A DNA stretch of 64,000 nt from an uncultured bacterium (lineage in GTDB: Bacteria; JAGOEH01): positions 62,001 to 126,000 of the forward strand of contig CAZWDO010000004.1 in assembly GCA_964632485.1 (NCBI GenBank), in the 5' to 3' direction. Positions 20,937 to 30,518 of this stretch are shown in pieces. The notes beneath the pieces are model-generated. The model was given only the letters and a program-made list of their open reading frames with translations, searched no databases and was not told the origin of the DNA. Numbering within the stretch: the first letter of the stretch is position 1; every line of letters starts with the position of its first letter. A program made the translations under genes and the position numbers.

Positions 20937-20965
20937 AATATATATTATAAAATCCGTTTTGTCAA
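20937..20965 (-). promoter_or_regulatory. Sigma70-type promoter for the STAS-rimP-nusA cluster
   Basis: TTGACA-17-TATATT on the minus strand. Confidence 0.6.
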
Positions 20966-20991
20966 GCCAAAAAAATAATTATTAGCTAAAC

Positions 20992-23136
20992 TTATATTCG
21001 TTTCACAAGATAGACCCCTTTTAGCTTCTTTAAACGCAACATAATTCGCGAAAGATGGCTCAGATTGCGAATTTGAATCGCAATTCCGATATTCATAACA
21101 AAGTCTTCTTCTTTCATTTTTAGTTGTAAAACTTTTGACTCCTGGTCAATGATCACGTGGGAAACGTCGCTGAGGACTGCAGGATTGCTTTTTGCCTGTA
21201 TTTGCAGATGGGCTAAAAACTGTTCTTCTCCGGAAATGTCCCAATAAACCTTGACCAGACGGTCATTATCCTCATAATAGCGGAGGATGCCGCGGCAATC
21301 ACTTTTATGAATTATTATTCCCTTCCCTCGACTGATAAAACCAACAATATCATCACCGGGAATTGGTTGACAACATTTCGCAAATGTGTACATCAGATTG
21401 GAAATCGCATCGAGGCGAATCCCTTTTGTTTGGCCTTTGGCAAAATTTATTAGCTTTTGGAGGGTTGTTTCGGTTTTAGGCGTCTGATCCTTCGGATAAA
21501 GACGCGACATAATTGCCGTTACTGATAAATCGGCATTGCCAATCGCCGCATACCCCAGTTGGATTTCATTATATCCCAATTGGGAAAATACCTCTTTCAT
21601 GGTTTCCTCATTAGGGGGTTGCAAGCGATTTTTGCGAATATATTGTTCAAAAATTGATCGCCCAACTTCTGCGGCCTGGATTAAACCTTCTTTTTTGAAC
21701 CAGTTCTTCACCCGGCTTTTAGCCTTGGCCGTTTTTACATAATCCAGCCAATCACGACTTGGTGTTTTGTGGGGAGAAGTGATGATCTCAACCCTGTCAA
21801 AGTTGTCCAGTTCAGTATTCAGAGGGACAATGCGATTATTGACCTTGGCGCTAATACAATGGAGACCAACATCCGTATGAATGGCAAACGCGAAATCCAG
21901 CACTGTGGCGCCACGAATAAAATCAAAGGGTTCTTCCTTCGGTGTAAAAACATAAATTTTCTGCTCAAAGGCCTCCTCTTTCAAACTATTGATGAACTCA
22001 TCCTTATCCATCTGGTCCCAATCCAGTATCATCCGACTCATTTCGACCCGCTTTACCTCTGATTCAGAAATTTTCTTCTTGCCTTCTTTATAAATCCAAT
22101 GCGCGGCAATCCCGATTTCAGCGAATACATGCATATCCCGAGTTCGAATCTGAAATTCAATAATCTTCCCTTCCTGAATCATCACTGTCGTATGTATCGA
22201 TTGATAAAAATTCTTTTTCGGATTTGCAATGTAATCCTTAAATCGGTCATCAATCGGTTTGAATAAATTATGGATCAAACCCAGCGCAAAATAACACTCT
22301 TCTTTCGTTTTTGTAATGATGCGGATAGCAAGCAGATCAAATATTCGGTGGAGCGTGATTTCTTTGCTTTTTATTTTTCGGAATATACTGTATAGATGCT
22401 TCGGGCGGCTGCTCAATTCTGCGAAGATCCCATGCGTTTCAAGCTCTCCCAATACTTTATTGATCACGTTGTTTAAAATTTTTTCCTGTTCAACCCGTGT
22501 TGTGCTCAACTGTTGGCTTAATTTGAGATACTCATTATGGTCAAGATATTTAAAAGACAAATCCTCCAGTTCCCATTTAATTTTCCCAATGCCATAGCGA
22601 TGGGCCAAAGGAGCATATATATCCAGAGTCTCTTGCGCAATCCGCAACTGTCGTTCCAATGATAAATGTTCCAACGTACGCATATTATGCAAACGGTCCG
22701 CGCATTTGATCAACAACACCCGCGGGTCCCTACCCATTGCCGAAAAAAGATTGCGGTAGGTTTCCATCATGCTTTCCCGAACCCCGCCTTTGTACTGGAT
22801 ATTCTGAAACTTAGTAACTCCTTCAATCAAAAACCGTATTTTTTCACCAAAATGCTCTTCGATCAATTCATTGTCAACTTGAGTGTCTTCAAGTATATCA
22901 TGCAATAAACCAGCGGCGATCGTATCGGTATCGGGAATAATCTCACTCAGAATTAAAGCCGTTTCAAAACAGTGAATAAAATAGGGTTCCCCAGATTTCC
23001 GGAATTGCTCGGCATGCGCGACTTCACTAAATTTAAATGCATAGCTAATAATATCCAGGTCCAAAAAACCACTGGGGTTGCTCAACCGGGAAAGAAAGGT
23101 TCGCAAAGAATAGGTTTCGTTAAATTCCGCGTTCAT
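20992..23136 (-). CDS. rel: Bifunctional (p)ppGpp synthetase/hydrolase (long RSH)
   Basis: HDILEDT hydrolase motif; RPKHLYSI, YQSIHT, EFQIRT synthetase motifs; TGS, ZFD (CCQPIPGD) and ACT domains. Confidence 0.96.
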   Translation of the reverse strand: MNAEFNETYSLRTFLSRLSNPSGFLDLDIISYAFKFSEVAHAEQFRKSGEPYFIHCFETALILSEIIPDTDTIAAGLLHDILEDTQVDNELIEEHFGEKIRFLIEGVTKFQNIQYKGGVRESMMETYRNLFSAMGRDPRVLLIKCADRLHNMRTLEHLSLERQLRIAQETLDIYAPLAHRYGIGKIKWELEDLSFKYLDHNEYLKLSQQLSTTRVEQEKILNNVINKVLGELETHGIFAELSSRPKHLYSIFRKIKSKEITLHRIFDLLAIRIITKTKEECYFALGLIHNLFKPIDDRFKDYIANPKKNFYQSIHTTVMIQEGKIIEFQIRTRDMHVFAEIGIAAHWIYKEGKKKISESEVKRVEMSRMILDWDQMDKDEFINSLKEEAFEQKIYVFTPKEEPFDFIRGATVLDFAFAIHTDVGLHCISAKVNNRIVPLNTELDNFDRVEIITSPHKTPSRDWLDYVKTAKAKSRVKNWFKKEGLIQAAEVGRSIFEQYIRKNRLQPPNEETMKEVFSQLGYNEIQLGYAAIGNADLSVTAIMSRLYPKDQTPKTETTLQKLINFAKGQTKGIRLDAISNLMYTFAKCCQPIPGDDIVGFISRGKGIIIHKSDCRGILRYYEDNDRLVKVYWDISGEEQFLAHLQIQAKSNPAVLSDVSHVIIDQESKVLQLKMKEEDFVMNIGIAIQIRNLSHLSRIMLRLKKLKGVYLVKRI

Positions 23137-23306
23137 TGATCACCCGCGTTTTGTGAAATTATAGTTCTGATAAAATCTCATGATGCCATTCCATTGCTGT
23201 TCAAATAAATTAAACTGTTTCGCGCTGATTAGGTCCATCCGGCAATTAGATCCTGGCCGATCCGACTGAGTGTCTTTCTCTCAGTTCGGATAAATTTCCG
23301 AATGCA

Positions 23307-23945
23307 TCAATCCCCACTCAGAAATTCACAAATAAGTTCATGATGAAAACCCTGTTGCTGCAAACTTCGCATCAATTTTAGACGCTCGTTGGGGGATGCA
23401 ATCGATTTTTTTTTTCCTTTTTTCTTTAAATACCACACGATCTGATCTTTTTCATCAATCTGCTGAAATACTTGGTCCGTCAATTGTTGCGCCAGTTCAC
23501 GTTCGACGCCTCGATGATGAAATAATTGGATCAGTTTAAACGGTCCGATCGGTTTTTCCCGCGCTTTCCAGATTCCCCATTCCAGAAGTGATGATTCATG
23601 ATCCAGGTAGCCCAGCGAATCGATTTTATCGAGTGTGTGTTCCACTACATCATCTGAGAAACAGGCGCGCTTAAGACGTATTCTCAATTCTTCCCGGGTA
23701 TAGCTACGCCGTTCCAAAGAGGCGAAGGCTTTTTTTAAGGCCATCTCAGTAAAGTTTTCTTTTTCGATCTCGGTCCAAATTTCTGGGGATATCCATTCTC
23801 CGACATGTAGAACCGCGCTGTATTTCAAATAAACCACGGGTAAGAGACGGCGCTCCCGTTCATTGCTAATAATTCTCACCGAACCGGGGCGAACATCAAT
23901 CAAATCGATCCGCAACCCACTTTCAATTTCATCATTCATCTTCAA
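23307..23945 (-). CDS. recX: RecX regulatory protein
   Basis: [15 protein letters not shown]...LGYLD...GPFKL...QQGF; directly downstream of recA. Confidence 0.85.
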   Translation of the reverse strand: MKMNDEIESGLRIDLIDVRPGSVRIISNERERRLLPVVYLKYSAVLHVGEWISPEIWTEIEKENFTEMALKKAFASLERRSYTREELRIRLKRACFSDDVVEHTLDKIDSLGYLDHESSLLEWGIWKAREKPIGPFKLIQLFHHRGVERELAQQLTDQVFQQIDEKDQIVWYLKKKGKKKSIASPNERLKLMRSLQQQGFHHELICEFLSGD

Positions 23946-25005
23946 TTACGGTATTGTCGCTACTGCCAGTCACTGATCCTACCAGCCCGGCTTTTTCTTT
24001 TACTTCCAGTTCCAATTTTTTAAAGAGTTCAGAATTGGCCAGAATATAGCGTCGGGCATTTTCCTTACCCTGGCCCAGCCGTTCCTCTCCATAGGAAAAC
24101 CAGGTGCCGCTTTTATTGATAATTTTAAGTTCAACACCCAAGTCGATAAGTTCACCGGTTTTTGAAATTCCTTCATTATAGAGAATATCGAATTCAGCTT
24201 GCTTAAATGGCGGGGCTACTTTATTCTTTACAACTTTTGCGACCGTCCGGTTGCCAATGACCTGATCGCCTTCTTTCAATGAAGTGATGCGGCGAATTTC
24301 AATACGCACCGAGGCATAAAATTTAAGAGCGCGGCCTCCGGTTGTGGTTTCAGGATTACCGAACATAATACCGATTTTTTCCCGAATCTGGTTTATGAAA
24401 ACCACGCATGTCTTGGATTTTGAAATACTACCGGTCAGTTTCCGCAGGGCTTGCGACATTAAGCGGGCCTGTAAACCCACATGAGAATCCCCCATATCGC
24501 CTTCAATTTCAGCGCGCGGCACTAAAGCCGCTACCGAATCGACCACGACAACATCTACCGCTCCACTGCGAACCAGTGTTTCAGCAATTTCCAAAGCCTG
24601 TTCGCCGGTGTCCGGTTGAGATATCAGTAAATTATCAATATTCACTCCCAGTTTTCTGGCATAACTGGGATCGACGGCATGTTCCGCATCAATAATTGCG
24701 GCAATGCCCCCCAGTTTCTGCGCTTCCGAGATAATGTGAAAAGCCAGAGTTGTTTTGCCGGATGATTCCGGGCCATAGATTTCAATGATCCGGCCCCTGG
24801 GGACTCCACCAACCCCCAAAGCCAAATCTAAACGGATTGAACCCGTTGGAATGACATCGATTTGACGATCACAATTTTTATCACCCATCAACATAATCGC
24901 GCCTTTTCCATGCGCGCGTTCTATCTGTTCCATTGCAATCTGCACCGCTTTTGATTTCTCATTTCCAATGGGTAGATTGACAACACTCGGTAAAGATTTT
25001 GCCAT
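23932..25005 (-). CDS. recA: Recombinase A
   Basis: [37 protein letters not shown]. Confidence 0.99.
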   Translation of the reverse strand: MAKSLPSVVNLPIGNEKSKAVQIAMEQIERAHGKGAIMLMGDKNCDRQIDVIPTGSIRLDLALGVGGVPRGRIIEIYGPESSGKTTLAFHIISEAQKLGGIAAIIDAEHAVDPSYARKLGVNIDNLLISQPDTGEQALEIAETLVRSGAVDVVVVDSVAALVPRAEIEGDMGDSHVGLQARLMSQALRKLTGSISKSKTCVVFINQIREKIGIMFGNPETTTGGRALKFYASVRIEIRRITSLKEGDQVIGNRTVAKVVKNKVAPPFKQAEFDILYNEGISKTGELIDLGVELKIINKSGTWFSYGEERLGQGKENARRYILANSELFKKLELEVKEKAGLVGSVTGSSDNTVIEDE

Positions 25006-25081
25006 ATTATCTCCTTGATTCTAGATTGTTATTCTAATAGGCCAAACCAAATCGCGTTCTCCAGATTAGACCCGTTTTTTC

Positions 25082-25111
25082 AATATAACAGAAAACCCCG
25101 CCGTTTGTCAA
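25082..25111 (-). promoter_or_regulatory. Sigma70-type promoter for recA
   Basis: TTGACA-18-TATATT with TG extension; the -35 overlaps the yprB TGA. Confidence 0.55.
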
Positions 25112-26286
25112 GATAAAAATTTTATTTTATAAGTTAAACGTTCCATGCGTTCCCTTAATTGTTTTAGTTCATCTCCCGAAACTCCTTGAGGTATATGAAT
25201 TCCCAAATCCGCCGCCATTGTGTTTGTAACATTTTGCTGAACCAGGCATTGGCAACATGCCAACGCCCGGGAATAATCCCTGAGTTTATGCTCATAAATT
25301 TTCGCCAATCCCAACAAAGATTCCTGGGTATTCAATCCTTGCCAAATTGCCGCTGCCTCTCGCCATTGCCCATTTTTCTTTAAAAACCGGCCATGAAAAA
25401 CTTTCAATGGGTCATCCACGATCCCCCCATTGCTAATATAACGCTCAATCAAATCTAAACCCAGACGATAAGCATTGCGGCTGTCCAACACACTCAGCAA
25501 ATTTTTCAAGTAGGGTAAGGGCACTACGGGCTGATCCACTAAACGCTCCAATAATTGGAAAAGAGCGACCAGGCTGATAATGTCCTGCCGGTTATGGGCA
25601 ATAATTGGTTCAATCCAAAGGCGATCCCGAGAATGAAGATAGCGGAAATAATGCTCACCTATCAATGCGCTTTCAATATCCCCTTGTCGATGCCACTTCA
25701 GCACTTTTCTTTCAACCATACCCAAAGAAAATTCCCCTAGCATCCCCCGCCAAATTCTTCTAACAATATGCAATAAATCAAAATGAGATTCCGGGGATGG
25801 CAAATCGACAATCCGAAAAAAGCGTAACTTATTAGCCAATATGTGCCAATCAAATGATTTTCCATTATAGCTTACCAATTGACGGCTATCAGAAAAGTAC
25901 TCAGCAACAGCCTGCAGCATATCTACTAATCCAGATTGTTCATGCAAAAAAAACTGAACAACATGGAAGGAAGTTCCTTTAAAAAAGCCCAATCCAACCA
26001 AAAACGGTAAATTACCAGCCCCGAAACTTAACCCCGTGGTCTCAAGATCAAAAAACAGTAATTTTTCCAGTTCAATATTTCCATGATTACCCGCTTTTGC
26101 CAGTGTACACCAAAGTTTTTTCCACACAAATTCCCGGTATTCAATGACACTTTGCCCGCATTTTAACGGAAGTTCTATCTGTTCATCAGTTTTTTCATAA
26201 AAACTCTGAGCATCACGGATAGGCAACCCGCTTTCTTTTTTTTCTGGTTGCCGATTCAAAGCGCTGAAAAACTCTCCAATATCCAT
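25108..26286 (-). CDS. YprB/MrfB-like RNase H-fold DEDD exonuclease with C-terminal TPR-like region
   Basis: FFDLETTGL, SYNGKSFD, HFDLL, HNRQDI; helical C-terminus LAKIYEHKLRDYSRAL. Confidence 0.88.
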   Translation of the reverse strand: MDIGEFFSALNRQPEKKESGLPIRDAQSFYEKTDEQIELPLKCGQSVIEYREFVWKKLWCTLAKAGNHGNIELEKLLFFDLETTGLSFGAGNLPFLVGLGFFKGTSFHVVQFFLHEQSGLVDMLQAVAEYFSDSRQLVSYNGKSFDWHILANKLRFFRIVDLPSPESHFDLLHIVRRIWRGMLGEFSLGMVERKVLKWHRQGDIESALIGEHYFRYLHSRDRLWIEPIIAHNRQDIISLVALFQLLERLVDQPVVPLPYLKNLLSVLDSRNAYRLGLDLIERYISNGGIVDDPLKVFHGRFLKKNGQWREAAAIWQGLNTQESLLGLAKIYEHKLRDYSRALACCQCLVQQNVTNTMAADLGIHIPQGVSGDELKQLRERMERLTYKIKFLS

Positions 26287-26297
26287 TCTACTCCACT

Positions 26298-27482
26298 CTA
26301 TTGGATAATATGTTCACCAAATTTATTTTTTATATGATCGATCGCTTGCTGTAACCGAATTTGTTTCTCGTCATTTTTCTCCTGGTCAGAAAAAAGAGTA
26401 AGCTGTTGACCCGATGCGCCTTTGAACGAAGTTGCGAACACTCCGATCAAACGAATAGCTGAAGAACCGTCCCACATTTCAGACAACAGCCGTTTAGCAA
26501 GTTCAAATAGGGGTTGGTCGTTGGTGGGGATCTCCATTTCGAATGAACGTCGCAGGCTGAAAGTTTTAAAATCACTAGCGCGAAGTTTGATCCCCAGTGT
26601 ACGGGGATGATACTGTTTAAAGCGCAATCGTCGGCCAAGTGACTGGCAAACCATTTTCAGTACCGGCAAAACAATATTGGAATCCTGGCTATCCACCGGT
26701 AGAGTACACTCATTGCTCAATGATTTATCAGGAGTGCCCGAGCCAAGTGGAGCAACTGTTATGGGACCTTCGCCGCGAAACATTTCGAGCAACAGATTTC
26801 CTTGTTTTCCAAAAATCCTGACAATTTGCTCAGGCTTTAATTCCATCAGTTGCCCAACTCTGAAAATCGCCATTTTTTGTAAAATTTCAGCAGTTTTCTT
26901 ACCGATCCCCGGTAATTTTCCTACTTCGAGGGGCATTAAAAACTCTTTTTCCTGGAGAGGAGGGATGATTGTGATCTGGTCAGGTTTATAAAGATCAGAT
27001 GCGATCTTAGCCAAATATTTATGGCGGGCAATCCCGATGGAACAGGTCAGGTGTAATTCGCGGTAGATTGTTTGTTTGATTTGACTTGCCATTGCAAATG
27101 AATCCCCGAAATGATTCCGCATCAACGTCATATCCAGGAATGCCTCATCAATGCTCACAGGTTCGATCAGCGGTGTAAAGCGTGCCAGGATATCGACGAT
27201 TTTCAGCGAATTATAGATGTATTTAGCAATATTTGGAGGAACAATCTCCAATTGAGGACATAATTTTTTCGCTGTCATCAACGGCATGGCAGAACGAACC
27301 CCGAATTTTCGCGCTTCATAGGAAGCTGTTGAGACCACGCCCCGTTTCAATTCCGGACCGCCTACGGCGATAGGTTGCCCCTTCAATGCCGGATAATCTC
27401 GTTGTTCAATGGCGGCAAAAAAAGCGTCCATATCGAGATGAAAAATCAATGATGCGGGTAAATGAGGGTGTTCCTTACCCAT
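26298..27482 (-). CDS. dinB: DNA polymerase IV (Y family)
   Basis: HLDMDAFFA, STASYEAR, SIDEAFLD, AKIASD; clamp-binding-like QQLTLF. Confidence 0.95.
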   Translation of the reverse strand: MGKEHPHLPASLIFHLDMDAFFAAIEQRDYPALKGQPIAVGGPELKRGVVSTASYEARKFGVRSAMPLMTAKKLCPQLEIVPPNIAKYIYNSLKIVDILARFTPLIEPVSIDEAFLDMTLMRNHFGDSFAMASQIKQTIYRELHLTCSIGIARHKYLAKIASDLYKPDQITIIPPLQEKEFLMPLEVGKLPGIGKKTAEILQKMAIFRVGQLMELKPEQIVRIFGKQGNLLLEMFRGEGPITVAPLGSGTPDKSLSNECTLPVDSQDSNIVLPVLKMVCQSLGRRLRFKQYHPRTLGIKLRASDFKTFSLRRSFEMEIPTNDQPLFELAKRLLSEMWDGSSAIRLIGVFATSFKGASGQQLTLFSDQEKNDEKQIRLQQAIDHIKNKFGEHIIQ

Positions 27483-27496
27483 AGGCAGCCTTGGTG

Positions 27497-28006
27497 TTAG
27501 ATAGGAAAGACCAATTCTTGTATCGCTTTACGCGGTTTCTCCTGCCAGGAATCGGCAGGATATCCCAAAGTCATCATCTCAACTGGGATTTCATTAACGG
27601 GAAGTCCGAGGATATCCACGACCTGATCCCGATAAAAAGCGCCAATCCAGCAAGTGCCCAATCCTTCGGCAACGGCGGCTAACGCCACATGTTCCAATGC
27701 GATAGCTGCATCAATGCAATAGGCGGCATGACCGCAGCTCATAATATGTTCCGGGTTTGTTCCAACACCGACAACTACGATCCCGGCTTGGGAAACAAAC
27801 GGCTGATTCTTGGCCGCTACCTGCAACTTTTGCTTCATAACGATATCAGAAACAAAATAAAATTTGCATTGCTGATTGTTGCGGGCCGATGGCGCTTGCT
27901 GAATCGCCATAGAAATTCGTTGAAGTTTATACGCTTCAATCGGACGCGGTTGGTAATTCCGGACTGAATAACGTTTTTTAACAACTTCATAAAACTCCAT
28001 GGGCAT
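27497..28006 (-). CDS. Nitroreductase family protein
   Basis: RYSVRNY, APSARNNQ, GLGTCWIG, LGYP...KPRK. Confidence 0.92.
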   Translation of the reverse strand: MPMEFYEVVKKRYSVRNYQPRPIEAYKLQRISMAIQQAPSARNNQQCKFYFVSDIVMKQKLQVAAKNQPFVSQAGIVVVGVGTNPEHIMSCGHAAYCIDAAIALEHVALAAVAEGLGTCWIGAFYRDQVVDILGLPVNEIPVEMMTLGYPADSWQEKPRKAIQELVFPI

Positions 28007-28703
28007 CTCCTTTCAGTTTCAATGTCAAGCATCGTTGCAGACGATATAACGCCAGTTCAGTTTTTCCATCAAAAAATAACTGCTCATAACTTCTCGAAAT
28101 TGCATCTTCCAATGGAACCAATATCAGTTCTCCGCCTTCCTCCATTAGGGACCCGTCCCCTGATTGGCTCACTCGCGCTAACCAGCGTTCCTCAGTAATC
28201 GAAACAGCTTGGATAAAGACCTTTTCTACCGTAAAACCCGGGGAAGTGAAAAAGGGTTCACCCAATTCAAAAAGTTCGTCGCCACTGATATGAATCCCCG
28301 TCTCTTCAAAAACTTCTTGAACCGCGCGTTGAGTGATTTGAGCCCGACTCACCTCCCCCTCCTCGATCACTCCGGCTGGTATCTCCCAGATAAAGGGCTC
28401 ACACGGAGCTTCCCAATCATATTGAATGAACCGGGGACGGAAAAATACCGGCGGCCGAAGACAACGCCGAAATACTACCCGGGCTTGGTTCGGTTCAGAC
28501 GCTAATATAAATAAGACAATGGCCACCGCATCGGTTTGACGCCGGTAAACCAAATCACAACGGTACGGTTCCGATAGTTTGCCATCTTCGTATTGATTAG
28601 CGATCCGTAAACGCTGAATGCGCATAAAACCTTCATCGGACCTGAGAGAATGTGTGATATCTTCAATCTGAGCTAATCCATTGATCTTCTTTTCTCTGAT
28701 CAT
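27987..28703 (-). CDS. NUDIX hydrolase (ADP-ribose pyrophosphatase-like)
   Basis: WEIPAGVIE...EVFEETG, FTSPGFTVEK, DGKTE. Confidence 0.85.
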   Translation of the reverse strand: MIREKKINGLAQIEDITHSLRSDEGFMRIQRLRIANQYEDGKLSEPYRCDLVYRRQTDAVAIVLFILASEPNQARVVFRRCLRPPVFFRPRFIQYDWEAPCEPFIWEIPAGVIEEGEVSRAQITQRAVQEVFEETGIHISGDELFELGEPFFTSPGFTVEKVFIQAVSITEERWLARVSQSGDGSLMEEGGELILVPLEDAISRSYEQLFFDGKTELALYRLQRCLTLKLKGDAHGVL

Positions 28704-30036
28704 CCAGAATATCCTCTGTTTGGGTGGGCCGGTTTAAGTTGAACATATCCTCATAAGACAATGATGGAGATGGCAGCGCCTGTACGTGCATTTGAGCAGG
28801 CTCATAATAACTAAATAATTCTTCATAGGTTTGCCGGGGCCGAATCAAAAAAACTTTCCCGCCACGGACAAGAACCTCGGCTCCATGCGGTCGCAGGTTA
28901 TAGTTGGATACCATGGAATAACCATACGCTCCCACATCATAAACAACCAAATGCTCACCGGGTTCGACGCGTTTGAGAGGATAGTTTTCTGCGATCTTAT
29001 CGCCTGTTTCGCAAAGCGGTCCCACTATATCAGCTATCACCATTTTCCGGGCGGGAATATTCTCAACCGGTTCTATAAAATGATATGCCTGGTAAAGGGT
29101 TGGCCGTATCAAATCATTCATTCCCATGTCTGTAATCACAAAATTTTTATGGGCTGTTGATTTTATTCCCAAAACTTTTCCCAGCAGGAAGCACGATTCT
29201 GAAACTAAATAGCGTCCCAGTTCTAAAATTATTTTTTTGTTAAGTTTGGATAATAACGGAATAACCTCCTGTCGATACGCTTCCAGGGGAAACCCCTCTC
29301 CTTCCTTATGATAGTCGATGCCCCAGCCACCGCCAAGATTAATGAAAGGCATCGAATAGCGGCGGTGCGAACGAAAAAAATCGGAAATTTTCCGGATGGC
29401 TTCAACATAAGGTTTATGATCCAGCAGTTGACTGCCTATGTGGAAATGAGTACCGATAACCTTGAGATTCGGGATTTTTACAGCTTCCTGCAGAATCAGG
29501 GTACCCACCTGGAACTCCATCCCAAATTTATTTTTTTTAAGTCCCGTTGAAATATAAGGATGAGTTTTAGGGTCGATATCCGGGTTCAAACGAAGAAAAA
29601 TCCGTATTTCACGGTCGGGACAGAGTTGCGCGAATTGCCGAATTCGGTCGAATTCTTCATACGAGTCAACATTTATGGCAAAGATTCCCTGTTGGATGGC
29701 ATAAGCTATTTCCTTGTCCGTTTTCCCATTGCCATTAAGAATGATCTCGTTAGGAAGGTACCCGGCTTTTTGTGCCGCCAACATCTCGCCCATACTCACG
29801 GCATCAGCCCCTAAACCCATTTCCCTGAAAATCTTCAGTATATAAAGGTTATTATTGGCCTTCATAGCAAAAGAAATATGATAGTTCAATCCCTCAAACA
29901 CCTCCCTTGCCATCCGGATTTTTTCCTGTAAATGCTGATAGGAATAGACATAAGTAGGCGTTCCGAATTGATCGGCAATATCGACTAAGGAAACGCCATC
30001 CAAATGAAGTAAATTGTCATTGACAGCCAGTTTCAT
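28663..30036 (-). CDS. lysA: Diaminopimelate decarboxylase
   Basis: FAMKAN (PLP Lys), HPYISTG..NKFG, HFHIGSQ, GPLCETGD, GAYGYSM.SNYN. Confidence 0.95.
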   Translation of the reverse strand: MKLAVNDNLLHLDGVSLVDIADQFGTPTYVYSYQHLQEKIRMAREVFEGLNYHISFAMKANNNLYILKIFREMGLGADAVSMGEMLAAQKAGYLPNEIILNGNGKTDKEIAYAIQQGIFAINVDSYEEFDRIRQFAQLCPDREIRIFLRLNPDIDPKTHPYISTGLKKNKFGMEFQVGTLILQEAVKIPNLKVIGTHFHIGSQLLDHKPYVEAIRKISDFFRSHRRYSMPFINLGGGWGIDYHKEGEGFPLEAYRQEVIPLLSKLNKKIILELGRYLVSESCFLLGKVLGIKSTAHKNFVITDMGMNDLIRPTLYQAYHFIEPVENIPARKMVIADIVGPLCETGDKIAENYPLKRVEPGEHLVVYDVGAYGYSMVSNYNLRPHGAEVLVRGGKVFLIRPRQTYEELFSYYEPAQMHVQALPSPSLSYEDMFNLNRPTQTEDILDDQRKEDQWISSD

Positions 30037-30044
30037 ATTTACTC

Positions 30045-30518
30045 CTAAAGCAAATTGAAATGGCGGCGTAACAAGTTTACGCTGCGCTCTTCAAATTGAC
30101 TGTGGATTAATAAGGAAATCTTAATCTCGGAGGTTGTCACCATACGTAAAGGAATTCCTGCCTCCTCAAGTACTGTAAATACATTGGCCGCTACTCCGGG
30201 AGTGTTCGTCATCCCTAAACCAATCAAATTGATTTTCGTCACTTCTTCAATAAAAGTCACTTCACTCTCTGAGTATTCTCCTTTCATTTGAGAAATCAGC
30301 TCTTCCACACGATCCTGGCTCTCCAACGGAATAGTAAATGAACAATTAAATAAATGCTGATGGACCGGAAAATAAGAGATCATATCGATATTAATTTTAT
30401 TACGGGCAAATTCACTAAAAATTTTTGCCAGAACTTGTTGATCAAGTGGCAGTTTTTCCCAAATAATCTGAACCTGGTTATTATCCGTATTGATATTGGT
30501 AATATCTTTTGGCGGCAT
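30045..30518 (-). CDS. In-frame internal product: aspartokinase beta-subunit-like ACT protein (157 aa)
   Basis: AAGGAGG 8 nt upstream of the in-frame ATG (Met250, nt 30518), where alpha2beta2 aspartokinases start their beta subunit. Confidence 0.7.
   Translation of the reverse strand: MPPKDITNINTDNNQVQIIWEKLPLDQQVLAKIFSEFARNKINIDMISYFPVHQHLFNCSFTIPLESQDRVEELISQMKGEYSESEVTFIEEVTKINLIGLGMTNTPGVAANVFTVLEEAGIPLRMVTTSEIKISLLIHSQFEERSVNLLRRHFNLL

Noticed and set aside
23281..23283. Selenocysteine recoding of the in-frame UGA in the recX-rel spacer
   Set aside because: The peptide has no redox motif, and the main hairpin includes the UGA rather than following it as a bacterial SECIS would.
25006..25111. 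LexA/SOS box upstream of recA
   Set aside because: No clear CTGT-N8-ACAG, GAAC-N4-GTTC or other convincing dyad; a lineage-specific box cannot be inferred from one site.
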